Below, piece after piece: positions 52,388 to 61,741 of a stretch of 64,000 bases of DNA. Every line of letters starts with the position of its first letter. Within the stretch, counting starts at the first letter, position 1. The DNA is from Veleropilina oligotropha. Taxonomy: Eukaryota. Under the pieces are notes generated by a model that did no database searches, was not told the DNA's origin, and saw only the letters and a list, made by a program, of their open reading frames with translations. The position numbers and the translations under genes were made by a program. Location of the stretch: assembly GCA_048128005.1 (NCBI GenBank), contig JBEUKZ010000060.1, positions 186,001-250,000 on the forward strand, written 5' to 3'.

Positions 52388-54647
52388 CTAGGGCCGAGGT
52401 TTCCCTCTCCCGCTCTGCGTACGGGAGCTTGTTGGAGGTGCTTGCCTCTTCGGAGTGGGTTAATGGCCGGGGCCTACCACCAGAAGAGGGCCATGCACGC
52501 TTGGAAGGCTTCGGGGCCAGGTGGGCCCTGAACGCTTCCTCGAGTCGGCGGGTGGACCCCCGGGGGGTGCAGCACCGCCTACTCGATGGTACGGTCCGTC
52601 AGGTCCGCCGCTCTCTGTCGACGAATTCCGAGAAATCGTCGGCAAATAGAGTGGTGGCCGAGCAAGGCACGCATCGCAACGAGCGCCGGGTGGCCTCATC
52701 AGCGAGGTGCCTTCAAGGTAAGCGACCCTACGAAGTAGGAGTGCTTACCCAGGACACGTCCCGTCTCCAACGCGTTGGTCTCCATAACGGCAGCAACCTC
52801 CTGGAGGAAGGACAGGGCAGCCCACGGGCGCCGGGTCCAACCTCCTGTAATACGGCTATCGTCCCGTCTAGGAAAAATCCTGAACGGACGACGGCCGCAG
52901 AGCCCATCGGGCGGAGCTCTCGAAAGCTTCCAAGGCGAACCCAGGAACTCTCGCTACAGAGGGAGTGTGACTGGCGGTCAGTCAACGCAACGCTGCGTCA
53001 ACACGAACCGGCTCAGTCGCCAGGCACGGACCAGTACATGCGAACGGGATCGAACGCGAACTGGCCCGGAGGTACCTCCCACTACGGAACCCCGAAGGGT
53101 ACTCGGTCAGTGGGGAGGACTCCACCGGATTGCGCCCCCGACTGAGCTTGGTTGTCGAGTCAACACCCGATCAATCAGCCCAGACTGAGGTAAGGAAGAA
53201 AGCAAGGGGGCTTCCTTCTCAACAAACCGATGCGCCGCCGTCCTGTGCTTGACCGGGCCTACATACGACCGAGTCGGTTCCGGCAGGTCAAGCACCCCGC
53301 GAAGTGACGCAACAGCGTCGAGTTCGGCGGGTGGTGGAGGTCGGCTCCTGCGTGCCTGGAAGACTACCAGCGTCTTCGGGCCCGACCGATACAGGGAGGT
53401 CGGAGTGAGTGGAGTCGAGGTCCTCGTTGGAACGAGGTTCGATCCCCACCACGGAGGCAGGAGCCGTGCTCTGCGCCACAGGCAGAGGTGTAGGTACCTG
53501 GAGCGGCTAGGAAGCCGGTTACCAGGCCCGACATCGGGACTCGAACTCCGCCGCGAACATAGCCTGGACGTTCTCTAAAGAGAAACCCGGAGGCATGACG
53601 GGCGTCGAACTAACAGCCGGTAGTTCGGTCGAAGTCACCGTGGCGCTAGGTAGACGGGCTGCATGGACAGGTGTAGCCGAGAACCAGGGTCTCGGGACAC
53701 GTGTCGGGTGGTCGAACCCGAAAGAACGGCCCGGAGGCGCGTTCGGTGGGCCGGACGACCGGTAGGACTGCGGCAACAGTCCGTATCGGTCTACCACTCT
53801 GTTCGAGCGAGGCACGGACGGAAAACCGCCGTAGAACCCCGTCCCGAACGCAGCCGGTCTGTCCACGTTCTCTAGCGTGACCACGGTGGGTGCACGGGAG
53901 AGACCGGGCCCTCTGAATGTCTCGTGAGCTTCGAGGTTGAGCGGAAAACCCTTAGGGGTAGTCGCATCGTTCTCGACCGAGGATTCAGGTTTCGCCGATT
54001 GTCCGAGTCTTAGACCTACAAGTAGGTGCCCGGCCTCTTTAAAGGCTTTCTCTGCATTGAGTCTGTCCCCTTCGCTAGAAGGAGAGTTTCTCGCAGAAGG
54101 ACTAACTGTCCCCTTATTCTTCGAGGCCGAAGAAAAGGATGGGGATGGTCTGCCCTGTACAGCTGTTCGCTGCGCTGTCATATATACCTTGCTAGCCGGC
54201 AAGGTATGGCTGACTGCAGTTACTAGGCCCGGTTGAGGCGGAACGGTCGGCACTCGGGCCTTTACCTGAATCTGGGGTCCCGGCAAGGGTTCGGTGACTC
54301 CCCCAAGAGTCGCGGAGGTATCGCCGGTAGACCCGGCGACAGACGGTGCTTTACGTCGGCTGTCGTCCAGCGTCCCTGAAGTAGACAAAGAAGAATTATT
54401 TCCCTTAACTTACTGTCTGCAAACAACCCCTTTTCCTGCCCCTTTTCCCGAGGAGGGCCCACCGTGGCAGTCGCCCTGGTCGACTTACCCGGTTGGGATA
54501 GAACCGCCCACTGCTTGTCTGTAAAAACAAGGCACAAATCACACTGAAGTTTAATTTTACTACAACTACGGTGAATACGGCATTCCGTGTGCGTATCAAA
54601 ACCCGTGAATTTTCTGGATACACCCGGAGCTACTGCACCGGACCAGA
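52388..54647 (-). pseudogene. Outer DIRS gag-like ORF1, frameshifted
   Basis: Homologous to 59492-61741; the start codon position reads CTG; several indels. Confidence 0.85.
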
Positions 54648-56506
54648 GGGTATACACGGGAGGATAGTAGTGGGTATACGGGGTAGTGAAAAAGGTATAT
54701 ATATGGTAGTTGTGACTATACTACGACAACTCCTAGAATTGCCCTGATCTGAAGATCAAAGATCAAGCGAAATACCGCAAAGCGCAAAAAACCCCGCACT
54801 GGGAACACCGAGGTCGGGTATTTACCCGACACGACCCGGTAAAAAACCCGGGTAATTGACTAGAACAAACGGGGTTTTTCTCTTAGAAAAAAACGCCCAG
54901 AAAAACACCTGAAAAGGCCTCGTGGATGTTTTTATGTTAGTACAATGGTGTATTATCCCAGAAACGGCAGGATATCAGAATAACTTAAAGGAATATCAGA
55001 ACAGTCCTGCCTATTAACGACGCTAGAAATTTTATACAATAATAACCAGCAAATAGCGTCGTTAAGGAATTATCCAATATAATGAGTTACCTGTTTGCAG
55101 TCTCAAACAATATCAGATAAATATACCGACCAGAAATTTCAGCTACACACGAAACTTCCCTCTAAGCGGCCATGCTTTTTTCCTTAGCAACGGCGACGCT
55201 GTCGGTTACTTGATGTCCAGAACTCCTCGAAGTTTTGAGAATCACAATCTTCTTATATTCACTTGTGTCTTGTATCCACAACATGAGGTTTTAATGTAAA
55301 CCTAATATTAGTATAAAACATACTTACGTCCTTACTCTTGCCATAATAGTATATTATCGCCCAAACCGGAAATGGTGAATATGTCCCATAATGCACCGTT
55401 AATAAGCCAAAAAAGCACACGGTTACCTCCCCTGCTCCTACCCCCCACGTTCCCTAGCGAGACTTCGCCAAGTCTCGTGAGACTTCTGAACAATAGAAGT
55501 CACATGACATCAATTCAAAGTTCAAAAACCACAAAGGAACGTAGTAGAGGGGAGGAATGCGAAACGCAGGGTGGGTAATCGTGTAAGGACGTAAGTATGT
55601 TTTATACTAATATTAGGTTTACATTAAAACCTCATATATAGTTACAAACATACTTACGTCCTTACTCTTGCCAGAATAACCTTGGATAGGTGGGTAAGAC
55701 GTTCCTTACAACAAACCCAAACAAGATAATGACTTACTTTTCACCAATTCGATCAGCATGAAGCGTCGAGTGTGTCCGCCTAGAGTGGAATTTTTACTGA
55801 GTATTATATTCTACTCTTACCAGGCGAGAATTTCGACCAGTGTTACCGGGAGGATACGCCGTGGTGTTAGTCGGACGAGGTGAACGGAAGTGCAATCAGC
55901 CCCTGGCACGGCCGGAAGGATAAATCCCTGTAGGTCTTACGTGTCATGGACCAGTGGCAGCCAAATGGGACTCCGGGCCTATAGGCCGGTAGCCAGAGGA
56001 TGCAGTCGGATTTGTAAGCACACGGAACCTAACAGGTTGTGAAAGCTTTAAAATCAAAAGCAAAGAATTAATAGATTATATAATAATCGATATTAATAAG
56101 TAGTTCGCATGACCAACTTGCGAACGCTAACATGGACGACATGTCACTTAAAATAAATTTTAAGGAAGCAAAAATGTTCGACATGTTACTTAAAAATAAA
56201 TGTTAAGGAATCAACATTTTAAATGTATTGAACATCGTATGTTCGATTACAGCAAAGAACATAATAATATTGAACCCTAATCTTTTTAAGATTTGTGCAA
56301 AATTATCAAAGTTGTTTTATTAAATTCAATGTGATCTGGCTTATGTCAACACTCAGTCTGACATGAGAAGTACAAAATCTTAAATTAGATTTAAGAAATG
56401 AACAGACATTGAACTGCCCCATAGGTGTTAATTACATAGCACCGTTTGGCCAACGAAAATAAAATGGCGTCAGTAAATATGCAAATGATCAATCAGAGAA
56501 CAATAC

Positions 56507-59464
56507 TTACTGATTAGAAGACCTCGGTCTAACAATAACCCGTTGTGCAGCAACACAGTGTAAACTGCTTAGGCCATCAGCCCCGGTTGAGTAGTCGCGC
56601 AGATAATGTTTGACAAACACGTTAGCGTTTTTCCAATATCCGGCCTGTAGTAACGCATTGATATTTAAATTATGGCGGAAGGCTACAGACGCTGCAATGG
56701 CCCGGACCTCATGTGCGCGGACCGATAAAATAGTTCGGTCGTCGTCATCACAACGGATGTAAACATCTCTCACAGTTTGTGAAATCCACCGCGAAACAGT
56801 AGTCCTCGTAATGTCGCGGGTGTAGGTGGGCAAATACGATATGAATAAACGTAATTTTCCCTGTCGCAACTCACGGGTTCTGTCTAGGTAGAATCGAAGC
56901 GCCCGGACCGGGCAATTGAAGCGGTCTGCGTCGCGCCTTCCGACTAGCGTTAGCTTGGGAATAACAACATCGGGTGCGTCCTCGTTCGGCCGCTGGTTCT
57001 TGGCTAAGAAGCCCAGAATGGGACGCAGTATCACCGACCCGTCTGACTGGAATCGTATGTCTCTTAGCTCGGAGGAGAAAGCATGAATCTCGGAACAACG
57101 CCTGCCCGACGCTAAGGCGATCAGAAAAACTGTTTTGTGCGTCAAGTTCCTCATGGTTATCTCGGACATCGGCTCATATGGGGGTAAGAGTAATGCGTTA
57201 AGAATAAGTACGATATTCCAGGCAGGTGGCTTAATTCTTCGGGTCGGTATCTCGAGTTCATAAGATCGTATAAAATCTGATATCGTTCGGTCGCTTGATA
57301 GGCCAGCATGGGCACGACACTGCTTTAGCGTGGTCGCGATCGTTGCCCGATAGCCTTTGACGGCGGACACTGACATACCGCGGTCGAAGAGCGACGATAA
57401 AAACTCGATAAACTTGTTCACAGGGGGACGGAGTATATTGATCTGCCTGCTGTGACACCAATCCACGTACTTAACCCATCGGTAGTCATAGACTTTTGTA
57501 GTGGAAATCCTTCTCGATCGGTAGATACGTAAGGCTGTAGCTTTAGAAAATCCTTTCTTAGCAAGGGATCGTTCGATAACCGCCAGGCGTGTAAACGTAA
57601 GTGGTTCGGCGACTCGTGGAGTACACGGGTGCGTGGTTGCATTAACAGGTCTAGTTTCTGCGGTAACGCTAACGGTCGATCGACGATCAGATCGAGGAGG
57701 GTCGGAAACCAAGGTTGCGTGCGATACAGGGGCGCTATTAGCGTTATCTCGCAACGTTCGGTCGCTGCCTTCTGTAATACCAGTGATAGAATGCACGTCG
57801 GGGGGAAGGCATACGCGGACAGATTCTCCCATGTCATTGACATTGCGTCGACCGCCAGGGCGGCCGGGTCTGGGTACGGGGAGACATACAGAGGTAGTCG
57901 GTAATTGAATTCTGTTGCAAACAAGTCGACTTGGGGTTGCGACCACCGGCGGCAAACCTCCCGAGCTACTCGGCTGTGTAGCGTCCACTCTGTGTGTATT
58001 ATCTGTGATCTCCGAGAGAGCGAATCCGCTCTGACATTCAGCTTTCCCGGGATGTGTCGGGCTCGAATCGTCGAGTTGAGGGACATCACTAAGCGGTGTA
58101 GGTCTATTGCTCGGTCGCATAGGGGACGCGAGCGTGTACCGCCCTGGTGCTGTATGTAAGCGACGACAGTCGTGTTGTCCGTGGCGAGCATTATATGCTT
58201 GTTGCGGAGATGTGACGAGAGGGACCGTACTGACAGGTAGACGGCTTCTAACTCTAGGAAGTTGATATGTCGTCCCTGAAGGTCTGTCGGCCATAGGCCT
58301 GATGTCTCGTAACTGTCGAGGTGACCACCCCAGCCGTCGTTCGAAGCGTCTGTGAACAGGTAAGCGTTCGGCTCTGGTGGGGATATAGGAACCGACTGGT
58401 CCGGCAAAGCGGGGTTCAACCACACTGCTGTCGTGTCGGTAAACCAATGCCGTAGATCGATGCGATCCTTCCACTGCCCCGTCCGTTGTATCCAGCGATC
58501 CCTGAAAGCCTGTTGTAACGGTCTTTTGTCCATGCGACCCGTCGGTAGCAGGGGCGCTACCGACTCGATGTGCCCCAGGACAGTGGCCAGTTGTCGCGCC
58601 GTAGTTATGTCCGATGACAGGGTGTCTTGGATAACCGCGCGTAGGTTCCGCATACGCTTCTGGGTCGGCTTCGCGGTGTACCGGACCGTATCGAAGTCGA
58701 CTCCGAGGAACGTAAACGTCGTCGAGGGCACGAAGCAGGATTTTGTCTCGTTGATCTGAAATCCCAGGCGCTTCGTCGATGACAGGGTAAAGCTCGTAGA
58801 CCGGAGGCACAGATCTCGGGACGCCCCGAGGATCAGCCAGTCGTCGAGGTACATATGTACCCTGTGCCCTAGAGAGTGTAGGAAGGCCCCCAGGGCCTGT
58901 ACTGTTCTCGTGAAGACGTACGGGGCTGACGATAGACCGAACGGTAGGCACCTGAATTGGTAGATCGTCTCCCCGTGTATAAACCGAAGGTACTGATGAG
59001 CCGTGATATGCATCGGGACATGCAGATACGCGTCGGCGAGATCGATAGACGCTGCCCAGTCGCCCGGACGGATGGCCGCTCGAATCTTCGAGAGGGTTTC
59101 TTGCTGGAATTTCTCGGTACGAAGATATAGGTTTAGGTACGAGAGATCGAGGATCGGTCTCCAGCGGCCATCGGGTTTCGGGACCAGGAAGAAATGGCTG
59201 TAAAATCCTGGTGTGCTGGGCGGCGCGGGATATATCGCTCTTTTTAGGAGCAAATCCCGCACTGCCTGGTCTAAGACCGCTTGTTTCTCTCCGTTTAGGA
59301 GGCGAGCGTGTCTTGTTGGTGGTGCCTCGGTTAAGGTCGGATGCCGGTTGAATGCCAACTTGTATCCGGCACTCACGACTAAGTGGACCCAGTTGCTGTC
59401 TGTCAGCTCTAGCCAGGGCTGGCTGTGTGCTAACAGGCACGCTCCCACCGGCGGGAGCGGGCAA
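56507..59464 (-). CDS. DIRS ORF3: tyrosine recombinase with a long N-terminal extension overlapping ORF2
   Basis: SGRRCSEI (R), AKNQ (K), AHEVRA (HxxR), GYW (W), KHYLRD (Y). The true start is uncertain; the track start is TTG. Confidence 0.9.
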   Translation of the reverse strand: MPAPAGGSVPVSTQPALARADRQQLGPLSRECRIQVGIQPASDLNRGTTNKTRSPPKRRETSGLRPGSAGFAPKKSDISRAAQHTRILQPFLPGPETRWPLETDPRSLVPKPISSYREIPARNPLEDSSGHPSGRLGSVYRSRRRVSACPDAYHGSSVPSVYTRGDDLPIQVPTVRSIVSPVRLHENSTGPGGLPTLSRAQGTYVPRRLADPRGVPRSVPPVYELYPVIDEAPGISDQRDKILLRALDDVYVPRSRLRYGPVHREADPEAYAEPTRGYPRHPVIGHNYGATTGHCPGAHRVGSAPATDGSHGQKTVTTGFQGSLDTTDGAVEGSHRSTALVYRHDSSVVEPRFAGPVGSYIPTRAERLPVHRRFERRLGWSPRQLRDIRPMADRPSGTTYQLPRVRSRLPVSTVPLVTSPQQAYNARHGQHDCRRLHTAPGRYTLASPMRPSNRPTPLSDVPQLDDSSPTHPGKAECQSGFALSEITDNTHRVDATQPSSSGGLPPVVATPSRLVCNRIQLPTTSVCLPVPRPGRPGGRRNVNDMGESVRVCLPPDVHSITGITEGSDRTLRDNANSAPVSHATLVSDPPRSDRRSTVSVTAETRPVNATTHPCTPRVAEPLTFTRLAVIERSLAKKGFSKATALRIYRSRRISTTKVYDYRWVKYVDWCHSRQINILRPPVNKFIEFLSSLFDRGMSVSAVKGYRATIATTLKQCRAHAGLSSDRTISDFIRSYELEIPTRRIKPPAWNIVLILNALLLPPYEPMSEITMRNLTHKTVFLIALASGRRCSEIHAFSSELRDIRFQSDGSVILRPILGFLAKNQRPNEDAPDVVIPKLTLVGRRDADRFNCPVRALRFYLDRTRELRQGKLRLFISYLPTYTRDITRTTVSRWISQTVRDVYIRCDDDDRTILSVRAHEVRAIAASVAFRHNLNINALLQAGYWKNANVFVKHYLRDYSTGADGLSSLHCVAAQRVIVRPRSSNQ
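57418..59448 (-). CDS. DIRS ORF2: reverse transcriptase, RNase H and Dam-like methyltransferase domain
   Basis: FYSHFFLVPK, DLADAYLHVP, LPFGLSSAP, YLDD; TDAS, HINFLEL, TDN, ADSLSR; VDLFA...AYAFPP. No nearby ATG. Confidence 0.93.
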   Translation of the reverse strand: MGACLLAHSQPWLELTDSNWVHLVVSAGYKLAFNRHPTLTEAPPTRHARLLNGEKQAVLDQAVRDLLLKRAIYPAPPSTPGFYSHFFLVPKPDGRWRPILDLSYLNLYLRTEKFQQETLSKIRAAIRPGDWAASIDLADAYLHVPMHITAHQYLRFIHGETIYQFRCLPFGLSSAPYVFTRTVQALGAFLHSLGHRVHMYLDDWLILGASRDLCLRSTSFTLSSTKRLGFQINETKSCFVPSTTFTFLGVDFDTVRYTAKPTQKRMRNLRAVIQDTLSSDITTARQLATVLGHIESVAPLLPTGRMDKRPLQQAFRDRWIQRTGQWKDRIDLRHWFTDTTAVWLNPALPDQSVPISPPEPNAYLFTDASNDGWGGHLDSYETSGLWPTDLQGRHINFLELEAVYLSVRSLSSHLRNKHIMLATDNTTVVAYIQHQGGTRSRPLCDRAIDLHRLVMSLNSTIRARHIPGKLNVRADSLSRRSQIIHTEWTLHSRVAREVCRRWSQPQVDLFATEFNYRLPLYVSPYPDPAALAVDAMSMTWENLSAYAFPPTCILSLVLQKAATERCEITLIAPLYRTQPWFPTLLDLIVDRPLALPQKLDLLMQPRTRVLHESPNHLRLHAWRLSNDPLLRKDFLKLQPYVSTDREGFPLQKSMTTDGLSTWIGVTAGRSIYSVPL

Positions 59465-59491
59465 CTGGGGCCGTCGCGAATGCCGGCAGCC

Positions 59492-61741
59492 CTAGGGCCG
59501 AGGCTTCCCTATCCCGCTCTGCTTGCGGGATTTCGCTGGAGGTGCTTGCCTCTTTGGAGTGGGTTTATTGGCCGGAGGCCTACCACCCGAAGAGGGCTTC
59601 GCACGCTTAGAAGGCTTCGGGGCCGGGGTGGGCCCGGAGCGCTTCTTCGAGTTGGCAGGTGGACCCCGGGTGGGTAGCAGTACTGCCTTCTCGATGGCAC
59701 GGTCCTTAATGTCCGCCGCTCTCTTGTCAACAAACTCCGTGAAGTTGTCACCAAAGAGAGTGGTGGCCGAGCAAGGTACGCATCGCAACGAGCGCCGGGT
59801 GGGCTCGTCCAGCGAGGTACCTTCCAGGCAAGCATCCCTACGAAGTAGGAGGGCATTGCCCAGGACACGTCCCGTCTCCAACGCGCTGGTCTCCTGCGCG
59901 GCAGCAACCTCCTGGAGGAAGGACAGGGCAGCCTCGGTGGCGCCGGGTCCATTCTCCTGTAATACGGCTATCGCCCCGTCTAGGAAAAAATCCTGAACGG
60001 ACGATAGCCGCAGAGCCCGTCGGGCGGAGCTCTCGAAAGCTTCCAAGGCGGACCAAGGAACTTTCGCTACGGAGGGAGGGTGACTGGCGGTCAGTCGACG
60101 CAACGAAGCGTCAACACGAGCCGGCTCAGTCGCCAGGCACGGGCCAGTGCATTCGAACGGGATCGCTCGAGTACTGGCCCGGAGGTACCTCCCACTACGG
60201 AACCCCGAAGGGAACTCGTTCAGCGGGGAGGACTCCACCGGATTGCGCCCCTGAACGAGCTTGGTGATCGAGTCTACAACAAGATCCACCAGCCCGGACT
60301 GAGGTAAGGAGGGGAGCTCGGGGGCTTCCCTCGCAACAAACCGATGTGCTGCCGTCCTATGCTTGGCTACGTCTACAGCCGACCGAGTCGGTTCCGACAA
60401 GCCAAGCACCCCGCGAAGTGACGCAACAGCGTCGAGCCTTCGGCGGGTGGAGGAGGTCGGCTCCTGCGTGCCTGTAAGACTAATGTCTTCGGACCCGACC
60501 GATTCAGGGAGGTCGGTGTGATTTGAACAGAGATCCTCGTCGGAACGAGGGTCGATGTCTATCACTGAGGCAGGAGCCGTGCTCTGCGCCATGGGCAGAA
60601 GTGTAGGTACCAGGTGCGGCTCGGGAGCCGTCGGCCAGGCCTTACACCGTTCCTCGATCCCCGCCGCGATCCATGCCTGGACGTTCTCAAAAGAGAAACC
60701 CGGAGGCAGGACGGGCGACGAACTAACAGCCGGTAGTTCTGTCGAGGTAACCGTGGCGCTAGGTAGACGGGCTGCATTGACAGGTCGAACCGAGGACCAG
60801 GGTCCACGGGCACTTGTCGAGGGGTCGAACCCGAAGGACTGGCCCGGAGGCGCAGTCAGTGGGCCGGACGACCGATAGGACTGCGGCAACAGTTCTGATC
60901 GGTCTACCACTCTGTTCGAGCGAGGCACGGACGGAAAACCGCCGTAGAACCCCGTCCCGAACGCAGCCGGTCTGTCCACGTTCTCTAGCGTGACCACGGT
61001 GGGTGCACGGGAGAGACCGGGCCCTCTGAATGTCTCGTGAGCTTCGAGGTTGAGCGGAAAACCCCTAGGGGAAGTCGCATCGTTCTCGACCGAGGATTCA
61101 GGTTTCGCCGATTGTCCGAGTCTTAGACCTACAAGTAGGTGCCCGGCCTCTTTAAAGGCTTTCTCTGCATTGGGTCTGTCACCGTAGGAAGACGGTGAGT
61201 TTCCCGCAGAAGGACTAACTGTCCCCTTATTCTTCGAGGCCGAAGAAAAGGATGGGGATGGTCTGCCCTGTACAGCTGTTCGCTGCGCTGTCATGTATAC
61301 CTTGCTAGCCGGCAAGGTATGGCTGACTGCAGCTACTAGGCCCGGTTTAGGAGGATCGGTCGACACTCGGGTCTTTACCTGAATCTTGGGTACCGGCAAG
61401 GTTTCGGTGACTCTCCCAAGAGTCGCGGAGGTTTCGCCGGTGGATCCGGCGACAGACGTCCCCTTGTGTCGGCTGTCGTCCAGCGTCCCTGAAGCAGACA
61501 AAGAAGAAACGTTAGGTAACTTACCGGTCTCTTCCTGACCCTTCTCCTGGGGAGGACCCACCGTGGCAGTCGCCCTGGTCGACTTACCGTGGTGAGACAG
61601 GGTTGCCCACTGCTTATCTGATAGAAGAAAGCACAGATCACATTGATGATGTATACTACAGCTACGGTGAGTACAACATTCCTTGTGCCTATCAAATACG
61701 TGAATTTTCTGGTTACACCCGGAGCTACTGCACCGGACCAT
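59492..61741 (-). CDS. DIRS gag-like ORF1 with an N-terminal Cys/His zinc finger
   Basis: MVRCSSSGC...HKECCTHRSC..QCDLC, low-complexity middle, GNALLLRRDACL...LFG, basic C-terminus. Confidence 0.85.
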   Translation of the reverse strand: MVRCSSSGCNQKIHVFDRHKECCTHRSCSIHHQCDLCFLLSDKQWATLSHHGKSTRATATVGPPQEKGQEETGKLPNVSSLSASGTLDDSRHKGTSVAGSTGETSATLGRVTETLPVPKIQVKTRVSTDPPKPGLVAAVSHTLPASKVYMTAQRTAVQGRPSPSFSSASKNKGTVSPSAGNSPSSYGDRPNAEKAFKEAGHLLVGLRLGQSAKPESSVENDATSPRGFPLNLEAHETFRGPGLSRAPTVVTLENVDRPAAFGTGFYGGFPSVPRSNRVVDRSELLPQSYRSSGPLTAPPGQSFGFDPSTSARGPWSSVRPVNAARLPSATVTSTELPAVSSSPVLPPGFSFENVQAWIAAGIEERCKAWPTAPEPHLVPTLLPMAQSTAPASVIDIDPRSDEDLCSNHTDLPESVGSEDISLTGTQEPTSSTRRRLDAVASLRGVLGLSEPTRSAVDVAKHRTAAHRFVAREAPELPSLPQSGLVDLVVDSITKLVQGRNPVESSPLNEFPSGFRSGRYLRASTRAIPFECTGPCLATEPARVDASLRRLTASHPPSVAKVPWSALEAFESSARRALRLSSVQDFFLDGAIAVLQENGPGATEAALSFLQEVAAAQETSALETGRVLGNALLLRRDACLEGTSLDEPTRRSLRCVPCSATTLFGDNFTEFVDKRAADIKDRAIEKAVLLPTRGPPANSKKRSGPTPAPKPSKRAKPSSGGRPPANKPTPKRQAPPAKSRKQSGIGKPRP

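Noticed and set aside
55690..56050. Self-cleaving ribozyme in the conserved DIRS 3' region
   Set aside because: I could not find a complete hammerhead core (CUGANGA...GAAA with stems) or a twister/HDV fold by eye; an Infernal/Rfam search would be needed.
50541..60878. Plus-strand ORFs antisense to the DIRS genes (e.g. 52240-53145)
   Set aside because: They are GC-rich shadow frames, not kept intact between the two copies, and have no motifs.
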